Counted from the first letter of the stretch, positions 1-13,265 are shown. The stretch: DNA of 58,002 nucleotides from Chiloscyllium plagiosum (GCF_004010195.1 NW_025215381.1:1061909-1119910), one strand, 5' to 3'. Notes: generated by a model not told the origin, from the letters alone. A program made the numbers and translations.

Positions 1-40
1 TGCCTGACCTGCTGCGCTTTTCCAGCAACACATTTTCAGC

Positions 41-1262
41 CCTGGGGATTTATCCACTTTTATGCATTTTAAGACATCCAGCACTTCCTCCTCTGTAATA
101 TGGACATTTTTCAAGGTGTCACCATCTATTTCCCTCCAGTCTATATCTTCCATGTCCTTTTCCACAGTAAATACTGATGCAAAATACTTGTTTAGTATCG
201 CCCCTATTTCCTGCAGCTCCACACAAAGGCCATCTTGCTGATCTTTGAGGGGCCCTGTTCTCTCCTTAATTACCCTTTTGTCCTTAATGTATTTTTAAAC
301 CCCTTTGGATTTTCCTTAACCCTATTTGCCAAAGCTATTCCAAGTCCCCTTTTTGCCCTTTTTGCCCTCCTGATTTCCCTCTTAAGTATACTCCTACTAC
401 CTTTTTACTCTTCTAAGGATTCCCTCGATCTATCCTGTCTATACCTGACATATGCTTCCCTCTATACCTGACATATGCTTCCTTCTTTTTCTTAATCAAA
501 CCATCAATTTCTTTAGTCATCCAGCATTCCCTATACCTACCAACTTTTCCTTTCACCTTAACAGGAATATATTTTCTCTGGACTCTCATTATCTCATTTC
601 TGAAGGCTTCCCATTTTCCAGCCGTCCCTTTACCTGCGAACATCTGCGCCCAATCAGCTTTTGAAAGTTCTTGCCTAATACCATCAAAATTGGTCTTTCT
701 CAAATTTAGAACTTCAACTTTTAGATCTGGTCTATCCTTTTCCATCACTATTCTAATAGAATTATGGTCGCTGGCCCCAAAGTGCTCCCCCACTGACACC
801 TTATTCACCTGCCCTGCCCTATTTCCCAAGAGTGGATTACATTTTGCACCTACTCTATTAGGTGCGTCCACATACCGAATCAGAAAATTGTCTTGTCCGC
901 ACTTAACAAATTCCTCTGCATCTAAACCCTTAACTCTGTGGCAGTCCTGGTCTATGTTTGGAAAGTTAAAATCCCCTACCATAACCACTCTATTATTCTT
1001 ACTGATAGCTGAGATCTCCTTACAAATTTGTTTCTCAATTTCCCTCTGACTATTATGGGGTCTATATCAATCCCAATAAGGTGATCATCCCTTTCTTATT
1101 TCTCAGTTCCACCCAAATAACTTCCCTGGATATATTTCCAGGAATATCATCCCTCAACACAGAATTGCTATGATATCCCAGTCCCATGTTCCTAACCATG
1201 CCCTGAGTTCATCTGCCTTCCCTGTTAGGCCCCTTGCATTGAAATAAATGCGGTTTAATTTA
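41..1262 (-). mobile_element. CR1/HER1-type LINE fragment (ORF2 AP-endonuclease region), decayed
   Basis: ORF 413..988(-) 'VMVGDFNFPNID...EHFGASDHNSI' and 'IYFNARGLTGKADELRAWLGTWDWDII' are CR1 APE motifs; broken by stops. Confidence 0.85.
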
Positions 1263-1269
1263 TTAGTCC

Positions 1270-1890
1270 TCCAGTCCAGGCACCTGGTAAATCTCCACTT
1301 CAGTCTCTCTAAAGTTTCCACATCCTTCCTATAAAGAGGCCACCAGAAATGAACGGAATATTCCAAGTAAGGTCTCACCAGCCTTTACACAGCTGCAGCA
1401 TAATCTTGCAGCTCTTAAACTCAATCTCCCTGCTAATGAAAGCCAACACACCATATGCCTTCCTAACAACCCTATCAATTTGGGTGGTAACTTTGAGGTA
1501 TCTATGAAAATAGAACCCCAAGATCCCCCTGTTCCTCCACACTGCCAAGAATCCTGCCTTTAACCTTGTAACCTGCATTCAAATTCAACCTTCAAAAATG
1601 AATCATTTCACACTTTTCCATCTGCCACTTCTCAGCCCAGCTCTGCATCCTGTCAATGTTCCATAGCAGCCTACAACAGCTGTCCCACACTACCCACCAC
1701 CAACCTTCGTGTCATCAGCAAAATTACTAATCCACCCTTCCCATTTCCTCATCCAAGTCATTTATAAAAATCACAAAGAGCAGAAGTCCCAGAACAGATT
1801 CCTGCAGAACACCACTGGTCACCCAACTTTGGGCTGAATACTTTTCATCTACTACCACCCTCTGTCCTCTATGGGCCAGCCAATCCTGTA
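1270..1890 (-). mobile_element. CR1/HER1-type LINE fragment (RT and C-terminal region), decayed
   Basis: 'WVTSGVLQESVLGLLLFVIFINDLDE' and 'RPYLEYSVHFWWPLYRKDVETLER' are CR1 RT motifs. Confidence 0.85.
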
Positions 1891-2859
1891 CTGCGGAACC
1901 ACAGGCCAACGAGCCTGACATAATTCATTGTGAAAGTAGACCAATTGACTGAGTGGACAACAAGTCTACAAAAGCAGTGTAATATCAGGAAAGGGAGATC
2001 CTTTACCCTGTAGGGGCTGAAAACTGAATTGTTTTTGAAAGGGATGAAATTTGTAAATGATCATAGAAAAGATGCAAACAATTTAGCAATTAGGAAGGCA
2101 AATGGGCTGTTGACCTATATTGGTTTGGAGTAAATGATTAAAGAAATCTTGTTACAGTTGTACAGGATTTTGATTAGAACACAGAACTATAGTTCTTGAG
2201 AAGAAGAATCACTGAAGCTGATATGTTACTTCTGCTTTCTCTCCACAGATGCTACCAGACCCTGCTCAATTTTTCCAGCAATTTCTGTTTTTGTTACTGA
2301 AATGCAGTTTGTTCCTTTTGTTTTAGAATACTGTGTGGTTTGATCTCCATATTTCAGGGAGGATATACTTGCTGTATGTGCGATACAGCGAAGGTTCATT
2401 ATTGAGATAAGGGGGTTGTCCTGTGTTAGGGGAATGAGTAAATTAGACCAATGATCTCGTGTTTGGAAGAATGCGTTTAGACACCGAAGAGGTTCAGGAA
2501 TCTGGAACACTGCAGGGTGACCAACTGACGCTGATTTATTGTTGTCACATATACTGAGATTCAGCGAAAAGTGTTGTTTTGCATGCTTAAGGGATACTTT
2601 GACCAGGTGGCACTGGCATGTTCACTGACTGAGCTTGATGGATGTTGGTGAGATCTCAGTTAGGCGATTGGATTGGATGCCGAAATCATTGACTCGACAC
2701 AAAAAAAACTGCATATGTTGAAATCCAAAGTAAACAAGTCGGAGGCTGGAAGAGCACAGCAAGCCAGGCAGCAGCAGGAGGTGCAGAAGTCCGATGTTTC
2801 AGGTATAACCCTTCTTCAGGAAGTAATTGACCAGGCAACATGTGGGAGTTTTAGGGAAA

Positions 2860-3160
2860 TGCAGTGTCTGGACACACTGCAGTTTGTGTATCGTCCCAAC
2901 CGCTCAACAGATGATGTCATCTCCACCACCCTCTATCTGGCCCTCACCCACCTTGACAAGAAGGACATCTACGTTAGATTATTGTTCATAGACGTCAGCT
3001 CTGCATTTAACATGATCATTCCTCAGCACCTGATTGGAAAGCCAAGTCTGCTGGGTTGAATATCGCCCTCTGTAATTGGATTCTGGACTTCCTGACTGGG
3101 AGACCTCAGTCAGTCTGAATTGGGAACAATATCTTCAACACCATCACATTGAGCACTGAG
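2860..3160 (+). mobile_element. Rex1/Babar-type LINE RT fragment
   Basis: '[52 protein letters not shown]' matches the Rex1-Babar RT signature. Confidence 0.8.
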
Positions 3161-3184
3161 CACAGCCCTCTCCGGAGATCATGG

Positions 3185-3363
3185 TCAAGATTAGAGTGTT
3201 GCTGGAAAAGCACAGCAGGTCAGGCAGCATCCAAGGAGCAGGAAAATCGACATTTTGGGCAAAAGCCCTTCATCAGGAATCTCTGCCCGAAACGTTGATT
3301 TTCCTGCTCCTCGTATGCTGCCTGATCTGCTGGGCTTTTCCAGCGCCACTCGAATTTTGACTC
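3185..3363. mobile_element. Palindromic Penelope-like terminal repeat (tail-to-tail), degenerate hammerhead motif
   Basis: Arms gctggaaaagcacagcaggtcaggcagcatc... / ...atgctgcctgatctgctgggcttttccagc; CTGATGA-agggc-tttt-gccc-AAAA on the minus strand. Confidence 0.65.
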
Positions 3364-3901
3364 TGTACCCTCATGTAGTCTGTGTGTTTATATAGTACCT
3401 TGATCCTGGAGGAACGCTGTCTCATTTTTATTGTACCAGCTGTATATGATCTGGAGGTAGGTTTGACGAAAACAAACCTCCCAGCTCAGTGAGCAATCTT
3501 ACATTCAGAACCTCAACCTGAGCTTCAAATCTCCTCAAAAAACAACCAAAAAAAGCTACTCTGCTCTTCTCTTCTCTCCTCTAAAGGGTCAAGCCGGCCC
3601 AGACAAATTGCCTTAAAAAAATCTAAGTTATATCCTTGCAACTGACAAAATACCCATGAGGTCTGTGTCCTCTTGATTTTGTATAGGTAACTTTCCCTGG
3701 CTCGGAAACATTCCAAGGAGTAATGCTACCCACACACGGTTCTCCCCAATAGCCTCCTTTCAGACAGCGCGCCAGGAAGCCCCTACTCCAGGATTTGGCA
3801 CACATAAAGACAATTCCAACAAGTCCTGTATGTGTGATTGCATTGGCCTGATCAATTTGGACTGAGGAGGAGAAATTTCATGATCATTCAAATTCTATTC
3901 T

Positions 3902-4471
3902 ACATAGAAGAATACAGCGCAGTACAGGCCCTTTGGCCCTCGATGTTGCGCCGATCCAAGCCCACCTAACCTATACTAACCCACTATCCTCCATATACCT
4001 ATCCAATGCCCGCTTAAATGCCCATAAAGAGGGAGAGTCCACCACTGCTACTGGCAGGGCATTCCATGAACTTACGACTCGCTGAGTGAAGAACCTACCC
4101 CTAACTTCAGTCCTATATCTACCCCCCCTTAATTTAAAGCTATGCCCCCTTGTAATACCCGACTCCATACGCGGGAAAAGGTTCACACTGTCAACCCTAT
4201 CTAACCCCCTAATCATCTTGTACACCTCAATCAAGTCACCCCTAAACCTTCTTTTCTCTAATGAAAACAGCCCCAAGTGTCTCAGTCTTTCCTCATACGA
4301 TCTTCCTTCCATACCAGGCAACATCCTGGTAAACCTCCTCTGCACCCGTTCCAGTGCCTCCACATCCTTCCTATAGTATGGCGACCAAAACTGCACACAA
4401 TATTCCAGATGCGGCCGCACCAGAGTCTTATACAACTGCATCATGACCTCAGGACTCCGGAACTCAATTCC
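3902..4471 (-). mobile_element. Young 5'-truncated CR1/HER1 LINE 3' end with 8-bp TSD
   Basis: Uninterrupted ORF2 C-terminus 3971..4444 (RPHLEYCVQFWSP...FFTQRVVSSWNALP); TSD tctattct at 3894-3901 and 4472-4479. Confidence 0.85.
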
Positions 4472-4807
4472 TCTATTCTGTTGATAGTCCCCTGTTTAAT
4501 CTATTTAAGAACGACATAGCCTGATGTTTGGTCTGTTGTGGATGTGGGGACAGGACAGGAAAGTGGAAGTGAAGTCTGAGAACATTTGATAGTATTGAAT
4601 GGTTAGACAGGCCGAATAGCCTTCACATGATGCCCCTTTTTATGTGTTTAATGTAACAGGTTATCTCATAAAATTAACACATTCACTCAAAAAATGCATA
4701 TTGAATTCATTTGCAATGAGAAGAATTGAACATTACTGGAGTTAACTCTAAATGACAAATGTAACTGCCTTGGCTGTTGGCCGGAGATTCCCGAAGCTTT
4801 CCATGGG

Positions 4808-5037
4808 CCGGGCTCCGGAAATGTACGAAGGACCCTCGGTGAGGGCGGGGCGGGCTCCGGAAATGTACGAAAGACCCGCGGTGAGGGCGGGGCGGGCTCC
4901 GGAAATGTACGAAGGACCCTCGGAGAGGGCGGGGCGGGCTCCGGAAATGTACGAAGGACCCTCGGAGAGGGCGGGGCGGTCTCCGGAAATGTACGAAGGA
5001 CCCCCGGAGAGGGCGGGGCGGGGCGGTCTCCGGAAGT
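4808..5037 (+). repeat. 42-bp GC-rich tandem repeat (~5.5 copies) in promoter; each unit has an ETS site (CCGGAAAT) and a GC box (GGGCGGGGC)
   Basis: Unit gggctccggaaatgtacgaaggaccctcggagagggcggggc repeated; 14-aa periodicity in the overlapping ORFs. Confidence 0.9.
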
Positions 5038-5044
5038 TGCGAGG

Positions 5045-5103
5045 CCTTATATCCGCTTCCCGGCGTGAGTCTCTCTCTTTTTCGCGGCTGCAGCAAGATG
5101 GTG
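5045..5103 (+). promoter_or_regulatory. Core promoter of 5'TOP/TCT type: TATA-like TTATAT, pyrimidine initiator tctctctctttttc, downstream YY1-like CAAGATGGT
   Basis: ttatat at 5047-5052, about 25 nt upstream of the pyrimidine tract at 5070-5083; CpG-rich 4800-5350; layout typical of ribosomal-protein and snoRNA-host promoters. Confidence 0.7.
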
Positions 5104-7595
5104 GAGGTTGTTCTGGGCGCGTCCGTTCTGTATCCATCGGCATCCTCCATCGTGGAGCCTCGGGCTGATTCACCGGCGGCTGGATGTGACTGCCGCGGCT
5201 CCTGCGAGTGAACTTTCGCCAAGATGTCGTTGAACGGTACTTGAAAGAGGCGCGATTGATGTTGGTAAAACTTCGCGTATGCAGAAAGCCAGAGGGTTGC
5301 AGCTCCCTGAGCAAGCTTACAACGTGGGGGGAAAAGTGAACATTGCAGCATCTCGGGAGCGTTCACCTGGTTAAAGATGCACTTGATCTGCAATCGTTTA
5401 TTCACCTCCCCACCTGTATGCATCAAGAAAAAATAACTCCTTTCCAACTTGGAGCATGTTTTGATGTTAGAATAGTCATGGAGATGTACAGTTTGGGGAC
5501 AAACCTTGCAGTTCAACTCGTTCATGCCCAGCAGTTGCCCTAAATTAATCTAGTCCCATTTGCCAGCACGTGGCCTGTAAGCCTCTAAACCCTTTCTATT
5601 CATATACCCATCCAAATGCCTTTTAAATGCTGTAATTGTACTAGTCTCCTCTGGCAGCTCATTGCATAGATGCACCATCGTACACATGAAAGCAGTTGCC
5701 CCTTAGGTCCATCTTAACTCCTTCCCTTCTCACCCTAAACCTACATCATGTAGTTCTGGAATAGTTAGGTGCTTGGTTTTGGGCTAGCACAGATTTGATG
5801 GGCCAAAGGGCATTTTTCTGTGCTTTAGGTTTCTATGAATGTGTAGGTTAGGTGCATTAGACAAGGGAAATGTATAATAATAGGGTAGGGGATTGGGTCT
5901 GGGTGGGATTCTCTATGGAGGGTCAGTGTGGACTTGGGTCAAATGGTCTCTTTCCACGCTGAAGGAATTCTATAAATACTTGTAATTCTAAAATTACTAC
6001 TTGCGGCTTTGCTTTTACATTCAACTTCTAGTTGTGCAAGACTCCCCTCGGCAGAACTTTTCTTAGAATTCAATGTTTTCCCTTAAAATTCAGTGTTTCT
6101 GTTCAAGGCTCAGTGGGTTATTGGAGTAAATAAAGTTCTAGAGGGAAGTTGTGATAGAAACTGCTTGTACGAGGAAATATGATTAAAGATGTACGGAAAA
6201 GCCACACAGTCGGTGGTTGATGTAAAAATACTGGCAAAGTGAGTGCCCATTTAATGCTGTCTTCCCACTCTTGGTAAATTGTGGTGCCTAATTTTTGAGG
6301 GTTTATACACTTTCAGGTAGTGAGTCCACATGAACACTGAATGAAACATGTTCTCCCAACCTTCTCTCCCATCCGTCACTGTTGACACAAAATTGTGCCT
6401 TAGATTTGTTTTCTTAGCCTTTAAATATAAATATAGTTGTGTATTAGTAACCCCCTGTTCATCTTGCCACAACAAGTTAATGAATGCCCTTCCTTTTATC
6501 ACCCTGTCCACTTTGTCTGTGATCCCTACTGCTTGTAGCGGTGTCTCCCATTATTTTTTTAACTACAAAATTCAGGTGGTGGTGACTCGTCTGTTTTCTC
6601 TCTGCTTCTGGAGAGAGCTTGGTCGTGCACGTGGTGTGACAGTTTGTGGGTCTGGGGCAGCAGGGGCCATGGATTGGGACTCTGCCATAGGGGATTGACC
6701 CCCAAAGTGGCATTGTGGTCAGTCCCCTGGCACCTGCAGTGACAGGAGGTGGCCTGAGGCCTCCTGGAGGGGTGGTCTGAAAGGAGGCGATCGAGGCCCT
6801 ATAGGAAGTGCATGCCTAAGCACTTAACACTGTTGAACTTCTAACTTTTCTTCTTCTGTGCTTAACAGCTTCTGGGCTGTAATGTCGGACTTTTTTTTTG
6901 CTTTTGTCATAAGGTTTTGTCTCTAGATGCCTTTGTAATTAAGATGGTGACGTTGTACGTTTCTCACTGCATGTACTTATGTACTTGAGTGCACAGACTA
7001 AAATCTAATTCTAATACCAGTCATCCTGAAGGCTCAGTTATGCAACGCTGAAGCAACTTGTCAATGCCGACCAGATATCCTCAACTGATCGAGTTGCATT
7101 TGGCCCAAATCCCTCTTGAACCCCTCCTATTGGTGGCACCCACCATCTCTACTTCCTCCGGCAGCTTGTTCCATTCCCTACGTGCAGCCTATAATTCATT
7201 CCCAACTATGTGACTTAGTCCTTTTTCCTAAATTAGATGTAGAGTTACTAGAATTTTTGAGTTCTCCGATTCTTAATGTAGAGATTGAATGGGCCAGCTT
7301 GCATCCATTTCTCCTCATTGAACAATCCCGAAATTCAATCAAGCCAGTCCTTGGTAGAGAAAGGTTTTCTCTCTATCTAATCCTATTTTGGGAGTGTGAG
7401 GGAACACTAACTTTACTAACGCGACCATGCTGTCTGGTCTTAAGTGGTGTAACACAATGTAATTCTATGCCTTATACCTGAATATGCTTTAACTTGTACT
7501 TTTCTATTTGAATCAGAGGTTGGAATCTGAACAGGAGTTGAGTGCTTGCCTGCTGCAGTCACAGGTATGAGTCTTTCTTACAACATTGTCTCCTG

Positions 7596-7730
7596 GAGCC
7601 TGTCACCCTCCTATCTAATCTTGTCCCATGTGTGTGTATGGCCAAGGCAAAGCTGAGTAACAACCCCAGTGCAGGAAGCAGTGAAGGTCTGGCTTGTGAC
7701 CTAGCTATGCCAACACACACTGCAACAGAT
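7596..7730 (+). pseudogene. SNORA65: Degenerate SNORA65 (U65)-like H/ACA snoRNA copy 1
   Basis: Homologous to copies 2 and 3 with ACA at 7725-7727, but H box altered (TGAGTA), first guide CCGCCA lost, second guide changed to caggaa/gccaacac. Confidence 0.65.
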
Positions 7731-8614
7731 TCAGAGCTCTGCCTTGTGGTTGTTTGGAATCACTAGGAAGGAATCTGTGCCCACTCTGCTCGACTGGGGT
7801 TGAGAACATTTACTTGAGCTGTAAGTTGTTGTAGACCGTCCGTGTTTTATGACTTGTGCCTTGGAGTAGCCACCCCAGTGAATCTGACCCTTGCTTTTGC
7901 ACCTTGCTGTGCAGGGGGCTGTGAACTGAAGCCATGCCCTGTACAGACAGAGATGGACAATTGCTGTTAAACTGGAACGTGGGCAGTAGTAGGGCATTCC
8001 ATAATTCATTTGCCTTGCCATTCAACAAGATCGTGTGTCCTCATCATAGAGATGTACAGCATGGCAGCATACCCTTTGGTCCATGCCAACCAGATATCCC
8101 AACCTAATCTTATCCCATTTGCCAGCGTTTGTCCCATGTCCCTCCAAACGTTTCCTATTCGTATACCCATCCAGCTAATTCTTAAATGATGGATGTTGGT
8201 ACAATTGCACCACTTCCACATTAAACTCCATGTGCCAGATTTTGGCTTTATTCCTTTAACGTATCCATACCCATTTATAAATGTCTCATTGCTTCTTTAC
8301 AACTTAATGTCTTACCTAGATTAACTATGGTGGATTTGATCCCTGCAATTTTCCACCTTAATGACACTTTCCTACCCTAGTCCTATATCCCTTACCATCT
8401 TTGGTATTTAGAAATGTCTGTCTTGAATATAATCAGTGACTCTGCTTCCACAGCCCTCTGGTGTCAAAAGGCCAAAGGCGCTCAACCCAGAGTGCAGAAA
8501 TTTCTCCTCCCCATCAGTCCAAAATGGTCTATTCCTGATTGTGACACTGTATTTATGATTCTTGAGACCTCTTTCATTCAGAGGAAATGTTCTTGCTGAA
8601 TCTACCCTTCAGAC

Positions 8615-8915
8615 TCAGTGCTGCTGCCTCAGTACCAGGGACCCAGGTTGCATTCCACACTCTGGCGACTCTCTCTGTGGAGTTTTGCGCGTTCTCCCAG
8701 TGTCTGCGTGGGTTTCCTCCGGGAACTTAGGTTTCCTCCCACAATCCAAAGATGTGTAGGTCAGGAAAATTGGCTATTCTAAATTGCCCACGGTGTTACT
8801 TGCATTAGTCAGGGGGAAATGGGTCTGGGTGTGTTACTCCTTTGGAGGGACGGTGTGGACTTTTTGGGCCGAAGGGCCTGTTTCCCCACTGTAGGGGATC
8901 TAATCTAATCTAATC
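8615..8915 (+). mobile_element. HE1-type tRNA-derived SINE (V-domain)
   Basis: tgctgcctca..gggacccaggtt..tgtggagttt..gtgtctgcgtgggtttcc core; (aatct)n tail. Confidence 0.85.
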
Positions 8916-9169
8916 AAGCCCCTACAAGAATTCTGTATGCTTCAATGAATTCGACCCATGTTCTGTTATACTCCAGAGACTGTAGGACCAGTCTTTGATC
9001 CCTCCTCACAAGACAATCCTGTTACCCCAAGGTTTAGTCTGAACCTCTTGCCTTATACAGCCATCTTTGGGCAGAGACTAAAGCTGACCACAGTACTCAG
9101 GTGTAGTCTCAAGTCTCTGACTGCAAAAAGGTATTTCACTTGAGGTTTGCTTTTCCATGGCTTGTGATG

Positions 9170-10200
9170 TTTGCATGTTAGCTGTCAGTGATGGATAACG
9201 AAGGACATCCTGATACCTTTGGATAACAGTTACCAAGCTCCATTTCATTTGTTTTTCCCAACAAAGTGGCTAGCATTTTTCTGCATGTTGTATCTGTCAT
9301 GTTATGAATGACATCTAGTGCTGTGGGGCTCATGTGGCATTTCAAGTAAATGTTGTGTCGCTGTTTGAACAGCAGTGTAAACTTGACAGGCAGAATGGTC
9401 GACTCCTGTCTTAAGCACTTCTCTAAATACCCTAAATACTTCTCTTTCATCCCCTTGATTCTCATTTCCTCGGCTCTGGCAACTGCAGTCTTGGAAGCTT
9501 TTCCATCTGATCCCTGCATTCGTTTCTTTAATAGAGGTTCTAAAGAGCTGGAGGTCACATCCTTGTAATGCCCCATTGTTCACAGCCTGCCAAGTGTGGA
9601 GTGGGGTCCATTTATTCCTGTTAGCCAATCATTAATTCATGCCCACAATTGCCTTCTATTCCACATGCAATAGTTTTATTTAACTGGTCTTCGGTGTGAC
9701 CTTGTGAAAAAAAAATTTTTAAGATCAAGAAATTTGTTATGTCTTTTCCTGCTAGCAACAAGTGATTTCCCACTCAGGAATCCAAGTTGTCTGCGTAAAC
9801 TTGCAGTTATTTTCTAAAGTGCCTTGTTAGGATGTTCTCCAAATCAATTTGTATTTTCCAACTTCTCATGACTGGTTAGCGATTCTGTACTTCTGTATTT
9901 TCTTGCTCCTCCCTTTAACAATGGGGTTACATTTTGCTACTATCCAATCTACAGGCACTATTCTGGAATCTATTATTGGGGGAAATAGTCACTAGCATGT
10001 CCATTATCTATAGCCACCTTTGAACATCCGGTGTGTAGGTTATCATGTACAGGGACTTTATTAACTTCTGTTAATTTCTCGACCACTACTTTTTTCACTA
10101 ATATTTTTGTCCAGTTTTCCCATTATTAGTAGACCCTTGGTGTTCTCATATTCTCAATGACTGTCTTTACAATGGAATACAATCTTTTGTTCTGCTATTT
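9170..10200 (-). mobile_element. Old, highly decayed CR1-like LINE RT fragment
   Basis: Residual 'INDWLT..GING..WQAVNNG..QG..QLF' motif on the minus strand. Confidence 0.55.
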
Positions 10201-10837
10201 CCCACTATTAAAGACCTGAAATTTAATCTAGCACCTGCACTCTGGTGGGAAGTGAAATGGGGAGTGTTTGAGGTAGGTGTCATGATGGGCTATCCCTCCT
10301 TGCTGTTCTAATATGAATGGGCTGGATCCAGTTTTCTTTCTGACTCTCATTTACTGAGCCAGCCAATAAACAAGTGCCATCAAACACCCCTTCAGGCATT
10401 GCACAAACTTTGTATGTCACTGTCTTGAGAGTGATGAGGGCAGTGCAGAGGAATCTGTTCCCTGTGTAACCCTGTGCTGTTCTGTCATGGAGTGTTTGGC
10501 GATTAGTGTTGGAGTTTTACTTCAGTTTAAAGAGTGGAGGGAGCTTTACTTTGTATCTAACCGTTGATGTATCTGTCCTTGGAGTGTTTGGGGACAGTGT
10601 TGAGGGATCAGTTTGAATTTTGAAAACAGAGCGTTAATTGAGTCAAGGGGAGATTTACTCTACCCCTTGATGCTCTGGTCATCTAGTTATATCTAAACAT
10701 TATTGTACCTGACTTCCTTATGAATTTAACTTTTCTCCTGTTAGAATTGCAGGTTGGAGTCTGAGGGTGAGATGTGGAAGTGATCTTGCTTGGCATTCAG
10801 TGTTGCAGGTATGAGTCTTTTGTTGCTATCTCACCTC

Positions 10838-10974
10838 GAGCCTACCGCCATTGTACCACCTCCTGTCCCGTGAGTGTGTACAGCCAGTGTAAGGCTCAGA
10901 ATAAAGTAATCAGTGTAGGAAGCAGTGACGGTCTGACCCGTGACCCAGCTGTGCCGACATCCACTGAAACAAAT
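10838..10974 (+). ncRNA. SNORA65: H/ACA snoRNA SNORA65 (U65 / yeast snR34 orthologue) copy 2
   Basis: Hairpin1 gagcct..aaggctc, H box AGAATA 10898-10903, hairpin2 tcagtg..cactga, ACA 10969-10971. Pocket 1 ccgccat/gccagt pairs 28S ACUGGC-UU-GUGGCGG; pocket 2 taggaa/gccgacatc pairs 28S GAUGUCGGC-UC-UUCCUA; pockets 15-16 nt from the boxes. Confidence 0.9.
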
Positions 10975-11519
10975 TGAGTCTTAACCGGTGGTTGGTTGTT
11001 TGAGGTTGAGGTAGGAAAGGTTCTTGCTCTGCTTTGGCGTACACCGTGGGGATTGTCCAGAGTGTTTGCTGATATGTTTGACCTGTTTGAAGCTGGTGGG
11101 ATATCGAGCCTCATGTCTGATCCAGTAGAATCTTCAGTAACACTCCACTAAGTGCCTGACCTCTGTCTGAGACCATTGGTGGGACTGGGTTTTGCTATAC
11201 TTGTTAAAGTCCATTTCCAGCTCCTGAACTGGTGGGAGAAACTGTCTGTTCATGGTAGCAATGAGAGATTCAAGCTGGGGATCAGTGAATTGTGCCCCTG
11301 AAAGCCCTTATGCCACAACGGGAATGGGCATAATCAAAGTTCACTTAACCAACAGGACAATTTTCTTAAATCAAATCAGAAGAACCTGTGGTACTTAAGG
11401 GATATGATGCATTGGGGGAGTAAAGGGCATGTGTGTTGGAAGGTTTTTTATGTGTTCCATAGGGATGGGTGGTGGGTCCACATTTGTTTCATTTTTGTCT
11501 AAATATTTAGACGCAAATA

Positions 11520-12350
11520 TAAACTGCGTGATTGGTAAGTTTGCTGAAAACACCAAAATTGGTGGTATAATGGACAGATTATCTCCGATTTGAGATCGCT
11601 ATCAATTGAGTCAATGGGTTGAGAAGTGGCAGATGGAGTTGAATTTGGATAAATGTGAGGTATTGCATTTTGGTAAAACAAACAATGGCAGGTTTAATAC
11701 AGTTAATGGTAGGGCCTCGGGTATTGATGTAGAACAGAGATCTGTGTTCAGGCACACAGTTCTTTTGAAGCTTGTGTCACAGGCAGATGGTTAAGCTGGT
11801 GTTTACATACCTTCATTGTTCAGTCTTTTGTGTGTGGGAGTTGGGATGTTTTGAGGTTGTACAGGACATTGGTGAGGCTCTTCTGGAGTACTGGCCATCC
11901 TGCTATAAGAAGAATGTTAAGTTGGAGAGGCTATAGAAGAGATTTCCCAGGATGTTGCTGGGCTTGGAGGGTTTGAGTTATAAGGAGAGGCTGGATAGGC
12001 CTTTGTCGACTGGAGCATGGAGATTGAAGAGAGACCTTAGGTTTATAAAATCATGAGGGGTATGGATAAGGTGAATGGCAGGTGCCTTTTCCTGAGGGTG
12101 GGGGGATGAGAAGAGAAAGATTTAAACAAAGGGTGGGGGGGGAAGGTGCCCTTTGTTTTGACCCTGGTTCTTGTGGAATGAGCTTGCAGAGGAAGGTGTG
12201 GATGCAGGTACAATGTTTAAAAGGCATTTAGATAAGTACATGAGGTTTGGAGGGATATGGGCCAAGGGCAGGCAGGTGGGTCTAGTTTTAACTTGAGATT
12301 ATGGTTAGCATGGACGAGTTGGACCAAAGTGTTTCCATGCTAATTGACTT
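11520..12350 (+). mobile_element. CR1/HER1 LINE 3' fragment
   Basis: 'WVEKWQMELNLDKCEVLHFGK' followed by HER1-type 3' UTR. Confidence 0.8.
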
Positions 12351-12399
12351 GACATTTTACTATTACTGAACATTCTAGAATGCCTTCAGTGGGGAAGCA

Positions 12400-12660
12400 G
12401 GCCACTCAGCACATCAAACCTCAGAGCGTCCCCCAGAGAATCCCCATGGCTGCACATTCCCCTAGCACCACCTAGCCTGAACACAATGGTCAATTTAGCA
12501 TGGCCAGTCTACCTAACCTGTATGTCTTTGGGCTGTGGGAGGAAACCAGAGCACCCAGAGGAAACCACTGCAGATATGGGGAGAATGTGCAAACTCCACA
12601 CAGTCACCCAAGGCTGGAATCGAACCTGGGTCTCTGGAGCTGAGACAGCAGTGCTACTCT
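12400..12660 (-). mobile_element. HE1-type SINE
   Basis: Reverse complement of the HE1 core (gagaatgtgcaaactccacacagtcacc). Confidence 0.8.
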
Positions 12661-12881
12661 AGTGAGAAGGTATCTAACCCACTATGTTGGGTCATCAGTG
12701 AAGTTTTTAGAAATGCAATGTCCTAAAGCTCTTCTATATTGAAACCATGTTGTACCTGACTTTCTAAATCCATTTTAACTTTTGTTTTGGTTATAGGTTG
12801 GAATTTAAATGAGAGATGGAAGAGATTTCTTGTCTTGCAGTTTTGCAGGTATGAGTATTGTCTTGTGTCCTACTTCTCCCA

Positions 12882-13019
12882 GAGCCCACCGCCATCATAC
12901 CAACTCCTGTGCTGTGAGTTGTGTATGGCCAAGGCAAGGCTCAGAGTAAAGTAATCAGTGTAGGAAGCAGTGATGGTCTGACCTGTGACCCAGCTGTGCC
13001 GACATCCACTGAAACAGAT
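12882..13019 (+). ncRNA. SNORA65: H/ACA snoRNA SNORA65 (U65) copy 3
   Basis: H box AGAGTA 12943-12948, ACA 13014-13016; second pocket identical to copy 2; first pocket ccgccat/gccaag with compensatory upper stem catac/gtatg. Confidence 0.85.
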
Positions 13020-13265
13020 TGAGTCTTATCCTGTGGTTAGTTGGGGTTAGTAGTCACTAGCAGGGGTCCTCGCTGACCATGCTGCAATGATATACCCTGT
13101 GGGGTTTGCTGGAATGTTTGACCAGCTTTCTGACATCTGCCTTGAGCTGGTGGTACATTTGAGCCTTCTGGTGTCTGATCCTGTGAAATGTTCAGTAACA
13201 CTCCAAGATTGAGGGTCCGACCCCCTATTTGAAACCATTGCAGACTAGTGGAGGGACTGGGTTTT

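Noticed and set aside
5098..5211. 37-codon ORF after the TOP tract as a ribosomal protein exon 1
   Set aside because: No similarity to RPL12 or any ribosomal protein I recognise; short ORFs are common in snoRNA host lncRNAs
4707..5525. Long ORFs (272, 188 and 138 aa) over the GC-rich region
   Set aside because: Produced by the 42-bp stop-free promoter repeat; no recognisable domain
6030..6220. Possible extra H/ACA RNA (hairpin, ATAGAA, later ACA)
   Set aside because: No convincing second hairpin or target; the segment is better explained as exon 6094-6238
9178..9628. 132-aa and 108-aa minus-strand ORFs
   Set aside because: Off-frame readings of an old CR1 RT remnant
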